A DNA stretch of 64,000 nucleotides. Origin: a virus (lineage: Duplodnaviria; Heunggongvirae; Uroviricota; Caudoviricetes). Each line of letters begins with the position of its first letter. The stretch's first letter is position 1. Location of the stretch: positions 26,853-90,852 of IMG/VR virus record IMGVR_UViG_3300020045_002497; one strand, given 5' to 3'. Below, one piece after another: positions 60,074 to 64,000 of the stretch. The position numbers and the translations under genes are program-made. The notes beneath the pieces were generated by a model, which saw only the letters and a program-made list of their open reading frames with translations, was not told the DNA's origin and ran no database searches.

Positions 60074-60232
60074 ATGCAAGAATCAAAATTTAAAAAACTG
60101 GAAAACTTATTTTCCTGGGCCATGTTCTATTCAAATGGAAAAAGTTTAGCAGTCCAAACTAACAGAGATGAAGTTAAATTTACTAAAGTACAAAAAGAAA
60201 TTAACGACCTTAAAAAACAAGTAATTGATTAA
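60074..60232 (+). CDS. small hypothetical protein (52 aa)
   Basis: Hand-translated ATG..TAA frame (MQESKFKKLENLFSWAMFYSNGKSLAVQTNRDEVKFTKVQKEINDLKKQVID*). First gene of a tightly coupled five-gene plus-strand run. Confidence 0.3.
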   Translation: MQESKFKKLENLFSWAMFYSNGKSLAVQTNRDEVKFTKVQKEINDLKKQVID

Positions 60233-60234
60233 TT

Positions 60235-60414
60235 ATGTCTAAACCAGTTAAAGTACAAGATACCTTAGAGTATCAACAACGAAGAGTTCAAATCTTAAAA
60301 GAGATTAATGAAAACAAAGTATCTATTGATAGAGAATGTTTTAAAAAATCTCATATGGAAAAATTAGAACTAAAGAAAAGAATTAAAGAGTATAAACAAT
60401 CAATTAAAAAATAA
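60235..60414 (+). CDS. small charged coiled-coil protein (59 aa)
   Basis: Hand-translated MSKPVKVQDTLEYQQRRVQILKEINENKVSIDRECFKKSHMEKLELKKRIKEYKQSIKK*. Its stop overlaps the next start (TAATG). Confidence 0.35.
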   Translation: MSKPVKVQDTLEYQQRRVQILKEINENKVSIDRECFKKSHMEKLELKKRIKEYKQSIKK

Positions 60415-60686
60415 TGGCTAAAATCATAGATTTTATAATCATAGTGTTTTTAATAGTATTAGTAATTTATTTAATTGCTACATTGTTTAAAGCTCCTAAG
60501 GAAGAAGCTCCAACTAAACAACGTAGTACTAAAGATGAATGTGAAATTCTTATTAAAACACTTAAAATGAAGCTAAAAATAGCTCATGAAGACGCTATTG
60601 CAGGTAAAGCTGATGCAATTAGTAAAATGACTCAATATGAGTTAGAATTAAAACAAGCTGAAGAATTATTAACAAAATACAATTAA
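60414..60686 (+). CDS. single-pass membrane protein with charged coiled C-terminal tail (90 aa)
   Basis: IIDFIIIVFLIVLVIYLIATLF is a TM helix. Lies immediately upstream of the SPFH gene, like an NfeD-type partner protein (inference). Confidence 0.5.
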   Translation: MAKIIDFIIIVFLIVLVIYLIATLFKAPKEEAPTKQRSTKDECEILIKTLKMKLKIAHEDAIAGKADAISKMTQYELELKQAEELLTKYN

Positions 60687-60693
60687 AAACAAA

Positions 60694-61920
60694 ATGGGAA
60701 ATTTAAATTTAAAAAAAGTCTTCATGTTAGGTGGAGCAGTATTAGCATTAATTTTATTAATTAGTTTTAATCCTTTCAGTTACAATCCTGCAGGATCTAG
60801 AACTTGTGTAACAAGTGCATCAGGTAAACAATCTGTACAATTTTCTGCAGGAGTATTTTATGCAGGATTCTTTTCTAAAGAACAAGAATGGTCTAATCAA
60901 ATTTCAGTATCATATACAGATAGTATACCAGATTATGATATGCATGATAATACTATTGAAATAGGTAGAATTAATATTAGATTTAATGATGCAACTACAG
61001 CTTATGCTAATGGTATTACACAATATGTATTACCTAGTGGTGAAAAAGAAATGTTAGAAATTCACAATACTCATAGAACACCTGAAGCTTTAGTTAAACG
61101 TAGATTAGCTCCATACACTCAAGAATGTTTACAAAGTAGTGCGCAGCTTATGTCAAGTGAAATGCATTATAGTGGTGGTAGAGCACAAATGGTTCAAGAT
61201 TATATTGATCAATTAAGAAATGGTGCATATTTATTGAAAGTACAAAAGAATAATGTTTATGATAGCTTAGAAAAAAGTTATAAAACAGTATATGATGTAG
61301 TTCCTCAATTAGATAAAAATAACCAAACTAAACGTAAATTTAGTTCTATTAAAGAATATGAAATTAGTGTAGGTGATGCTCAAATCACTGATGTTGATTA
61401 TCAATCTCAAGTTGATAAAATGTTAGCTAAGAAAATTGAAGCTTCAACTAATGCTTCTGTATCTAAACAACAATTAATGACTGCTCAACAACAAGCTTTA
61501 ACAGCTGATGCACAAGGTAAAGCTTCATTAGTTAAAATTGAATATGAGCAAAAACAAAAGCAATTAGTATCCATTGTAGCAGCTCAAACTCAAGTAGAAT
61601 TAGCTAATCAAGATTTTGAAAAACAAGCTATTCAAGAAAAAGCAGCTATTAAAGAAGCTAGTAAAATTAAAATCTTAGCGGATGCTGATGCTTATGCTAA
61701 ACAGCGTATTATTCAAGCTGATGGAGCTTTAACTCAAAAGTTAGATGCTGCTATTGAAGTACATAAAGCTTGGGCTGAAGCATTTGGATCTTACACTGGT
61801 AATATTGTACCAATGTATCAAATGGGAGGCTCTGGTTCTATGAATGGTGGTTCTAATTTTATGGAAATGATGACAGCTAAAATAGCTAAAGATTTCTCAG
61901 TAGACATGAAAACTAAATAA
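60694..61920 (+). CDS. SPFH/band-7 (flotillin/YqiK-like) membrane protein (408 aa)
   Basis: N-terminal TM helix VFMLGGAVLALILLISF. C-terminal A/E/Q/K-rich repeat region ...QDFEKQAIQEKAAIKEASKIKILADADAYAKQRIIQADGAL... is typical of the SPFH flotillin-type coiled coil. Confidence 0.55.
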   Translation: MGNLNLKKVFMLGGAVLALILLISFNPFSYNPAGSRTCVTSASGKQSVQFSAGVFYAGFFSKEQEWSNQISVSYTDSIPDYDMHDNTIEIGRINIRFNDATTAYANGITQYVLPSGEKEMLEIHNTHRTPEALVKRRLAPYTQECLQSSAQLMSSEMHYSGGRAQMVQDYIDQLRNGAYLLKVQKNNVYDSLEKSYKTVYDVVPQLDKNNQTKRKFSSIKEYEISVGDAQITDVDYQSQVDKMLAKKIEASTNASVSKQQLMTAQQQALTADAQGKASLVKIEYEQKQKQLVSIVAAQTQVELANQDFEKQAIQEKAAIKEASKIKILADADAYAKQRIIQADGALTQKLDAAIEVHKAWAEAFGSYTGNIVPMYQMGGSGSMNGGSNFMEMMTAKIAKDFSVDMKTK

Positions 61921-61922
61921 CT

Positions 61923-62072
61923 ATGTTGATCAAATTATTAGCAATCAGTGCATTTATTGGATTAATATTCTATTTAATGAATAGAGATTCAAATAGAAAT
62001 GATGTATATCATAAGTCAAAATCAGAAGAAGATAATCTTGTTGATGATGAGAGAAATGATACTGATCATTAA
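61923..62072 (+). CDS. small TM protein with acidic tail (49 aa)
   Basis: Hand-translated MLIKLLAISAFIGLIFYLMNRDSNRNDVYHKSKSEEDNLVDDERNDTDH*; starts 2 nt after the SPFH stop. Confidence 0.35.
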   Translation: MLIKLLAISAFIGLIFYLMNRDSNRNDVYHKSKSEEDNLVDDERNDTDH

Positions 62073-62489
62073 AACATTTCCTTCGCCAGGAATATCCTGA
62101 ACAGTTTAATCCATACTAAATGTCTACGGTAATAATAAATGGATTTTATGGGCCCGACATGGTCATACCTTTGATTACAATATGTAAAGCAAGTATCGCA
62201 TTGCCTACTAATCCGTGCGATTAATAAATTAGTTGGTAACCGTTTAAATGGAAACATTATAACAAATGAAGTAGGAACTAAAGCAGATTTAGCCTTCTTG
62301 TCAAAGCCATCTGCAAAAGTGATTCAATTCACACCTGCTACTGTTGAAGCAGAATTAGAGTTAGCAGCCTAAGTTCAACAAATCCAGGGAGTTATCAAGA
62401 CCAGGACTGTATGGTTAAATAACACAGTTTGTTCATTCTAGAAAAATGGAATATCCTAGTCTGCGGAGAAAAATTAGAATAAACTTGTA

Positions 62490-62691
62490 ATAGAAAAGCA
62501 TAAAACTAATCAGGGGCACCCGGGTTCGATTCAAAAGGATCGACTGTCAAGTAATTGACAGATATAAAACAGGATGAATTGCTGGAAAGCTAAGTTGTTG
62601 TGAAACAATATGCCAATCAGCAGCCAAGCTTTGGGTACACCCATTGAAGGTTCAGAGACTACTGGAGAACTATAGTGTTCTTAATTACCAG
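62490..62691 (+). ncRNA. group I intron-like ribozyme core (5' boundary approximate)
   Basis: Collinear matches to conserved group I elements, in order:
- P2-like hairpin ctgtcaa-gtaatt-ttgacag at 62544..62561;
- AATTGCTGGAAAG at 62577..62589, cf. Tetrahymena P4 AAUUGCGGGAAAGG;
- P5-like hairpin ttgtt-GTGA-aacaa with a GNRA loop at 62595..62608;
- CAGCCAAG at 62621..62628, cf. GCAGCCAAG in Tetrahymena and GAGCCAAGC in Azoarcus;
- GGTTCAGAGACTAC at 62649..62662, cf. the P7/R element GUUCACAGACUA in Tetrahymena and GUAGAGACUAGA in Azoarcus;
- P9-like ctgg...ccag stem ending in G at 62691.
GC content is locally raised. Confidence 0.5.
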
Positions 62692-63226
62692 AATTAGCGT
62701 CCTGCTCCTTAGATTTTATTTTAATTAATAAAGACTCTAAGGATGATGATATAGTCCGAGATTTAGCTATTTGATATAAATAGTCTTGCGAAAGCAAATT
62801 GGAATGTATCATTCTATGATGATTTGGACATACTGATATTAAATTTTCAATAATAGATTTACCACCTTTTGATACATGTATAATATGATGAGCATCTCTT
62901 TGAGCCTCATCCCAATTACATATTTCACAAGGATATTCTTTTATTAAAATTTCTAATTGTCTATCATAAATATTACCAGATTTCTTTTTAAATCTATAAT
63001 TTTTTAATTTACAAGATTGTGAACAATACTTTGTAAATAAAGATGAGGATTTAAAAGAATTTGAACAATGTTTACAAATTAAATCATTTAAATTTTGTTC
63101 TCTTTGTGTGTTATTATATATAGCACCACAAGTTATTGAACAAAATTTAGCATTACCTCGTTTAATTTCACGAATATCTGCTAAAAATAATACATTACAT
63201 TGTTTACAATTTTTATCTATTTTCAT
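62681..63226 (-). CDS. HNH endonuclease with N-terminal Zn-finger repeats
   Basis: The C-terminal CPNHHRMIHS is an HNH core and the protein has several CxxC pairs. It lies directly next to, and partly overlapping, the intron-like RNA on the opposite strand. Confidence 0.6.
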   Translation of the reverse strand: MKIDKNCKQCNVLFLADIREIKRGNAKFCSITCGAIYNNTQREQNLNDLICKHCSNSFKSSSLFTKYCSQSCKLKNYRFKKKSGNIYDRQLEILIKEYPCEICNWDEAQRDAHHIIHVSKGGKSIIENLISVCPNHHRMIHSNLLSQDYLYQIAKSRTISSSLESLLIKIKSKEQDANSGN

Positions 63227-63364
63227 ATGTAAATATAGTAATAAATAAAATAATAAACAAATAAATCTTGCCCGGCGGGTCCACTAAACTATACTAATTG
63301 AAGTGGCTCAATAAAACCGAGAGCCTTGAAATAAGCAACCGGGTATTAGTATAGTTTTTAAAAT

Positions 63365-63483
63365 GGGGTAATGAAAGCATAAATACTAGTTGGTGTGGTT
63401 CAGGATGCAACTTTATACTTTTTAAAATAGCCTGTAGAGGTGTTCAATGTATAATGCCGTAGGTTCAAATCCTACTTACCTCT
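63365..63483 (+). tRNA. tRNA-like element with canonical T-arm and acceptor pairing but non-canonical length (possibly intron-containing or degenerate)
   Basis: T-arm GTAGG-TTCAAAT-CCTAC at 63462..63478; the 3' strand ttacctc pairs with ggggtaa at 63365..63371. At 119 nt it is too long for a standard tRNA. Not folded computationally. Confidence 0.2.
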
Positions 63484-63546
63484 CTATTATCGTTAGAACA
63501 AATGACTTGGGCGAGAATTTGCAACAAAAACCAAGGATGTGTAGTT

Positions 63547-63646
63547 ACAGGGGACTTTAACCCGACCATGATGGAAGTAAGCTCAATTGGCTAGAGCTCA
63601 GGGAAAAACCCGCTGGTGTATAGGTTCGAATCCTATCTTCTGTCCA
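63547..63646 (+). tRNA. tRNA-like element (canonical D-arm and T-arm, terminal CCA-like; acceptor boundaries unresolved)
   Basis: D-arm GCTC-AATTGGCTA-GAGC at 63581..63597; T-arm ATAGG-TTCGAAT-CCTAT at 63620..63636; ...tgtCCA at 63644..63646. An acceptor stem cannot be placed within canonical spacing. Confidence 0.25.
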
Positions 63647-64000
63647 ATAAAATAATATAATCAATTATGGCTAGCTTACCATAACTTTAATAGTGCTGAC
63701 CATTCGCATATAAATCAACTTAAGAACGGTTTATAGCTTGGAGGAAATCTATAACTAGCATTACTAGGAAGATGAGAGTACAGAACATGAACGTCGTAAG
63801 ACAATTATGTAAAGCAGATTATATTATTTTATTTTAAAATATTAATTAAAGATTAAGTACCTCGAACACAGGTGAGGAGTTAATTTATGAACCTATAATC
63901 AAAGTATTATTGTATAAGCTTAAAATTTAATTATTGCTGTCGATAGCAAATAACCACTTAGAGAAATCTAGGTGGTTTATTATAAAAACTAATCACTAAA

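Noticed and set aside
62069-62257. 62-aa minus ORF inside the structured GC-richer non-coding region
   Set aside because: Overlaps the stop of the plus-strand TM peptide gene and lies in a region better explained as structured RNA; no start context. A protein-like plus-strand frame (..VGTKADLAFLSKPSAKVIQFTPATVEAELELAA*, ending 62372) was also noticed, but it has no start codon.
62521-62545. GGTTCGATTC string resembling a tRNA T-loop
   Set aside because: No flanking stem can be formed, so it is not a T-arm. It lies within the predicted P1/P2 region of the intron-like RNA.
1-64000. CRISPR arrays, integrase/recombinase, reverse transcriptase/DGR, stop-codon reassignment
   Set aside because: No regularly spaced direct repeats were seen. 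No tyrosine or serine recombinase, and no YxDD reverse-transcriptase motif. Long uninterrupted ORFs, including the 3756-aa gene, show the standard genetic code is in use in this window.

Overview
This 64 kb window is AT-rich phage DNA with no cellular housekeeping genes. From about 54.2 kb down to 3.9 kb the minus strand carries one long co-directional block, in transcription order:
- about 16 tightly packed small early/middle ORFs (53.5 to 49.0 kb);
- a probable large terminase (46961..49051), a probable portal (44385..46961), an acidic scaffold-like protein and a probable major capsid protein (41647..43098);
- a run of tail and virion proteins including a collagen-like fibre, two SGNH/GDSL esterases, a Cys/His peptidase-like protein with an adjacent holin-like peptide, and a 1572-aa fibre/spike;
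- a GIY-YIG homing endonuclease wedged between structural genes;
- a 3756-aa giant protein carrying a 'GADFDFD' aspartate-triad motif, like the NADFDGD catalytic motif of RNA polymerase beta-prime;
- two further large downstream proteins.

This layout matches crAss-like (Crassvirales-type) podoviruses that package a giant RNA polymerase in the virion. The promoter-like 'TAnnTTTG' elements fit a Bacteroidota host.

The plus strand carries two small-gene modules:
- 0.1 to 3.8 kb: a protein with two AP2-like repeats, Zn-ribbon proteins and an Rnl2-family RNA ligase.
- 54.3 to 62.1 kb: many tiny membrane peptides, an HNH-AP2 homing endonuclease, lipoproteins, and a membrane operon for an SPFH/flotillin-like protein.

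The 3' end (62.1 to 63.7 kb) is a GC-richer, structured non-coding region. It contains sequence elements matching a group I intron catalytic core, next to an HNH endonuclease gene, and tRNA-like T-arm and D-arm motifs whose lengths are not canonical.

Several rho-independent terminators and two classes of repeated upstream motifs were found. No CRISPR array, integrase or reverse transcriptase was seen.
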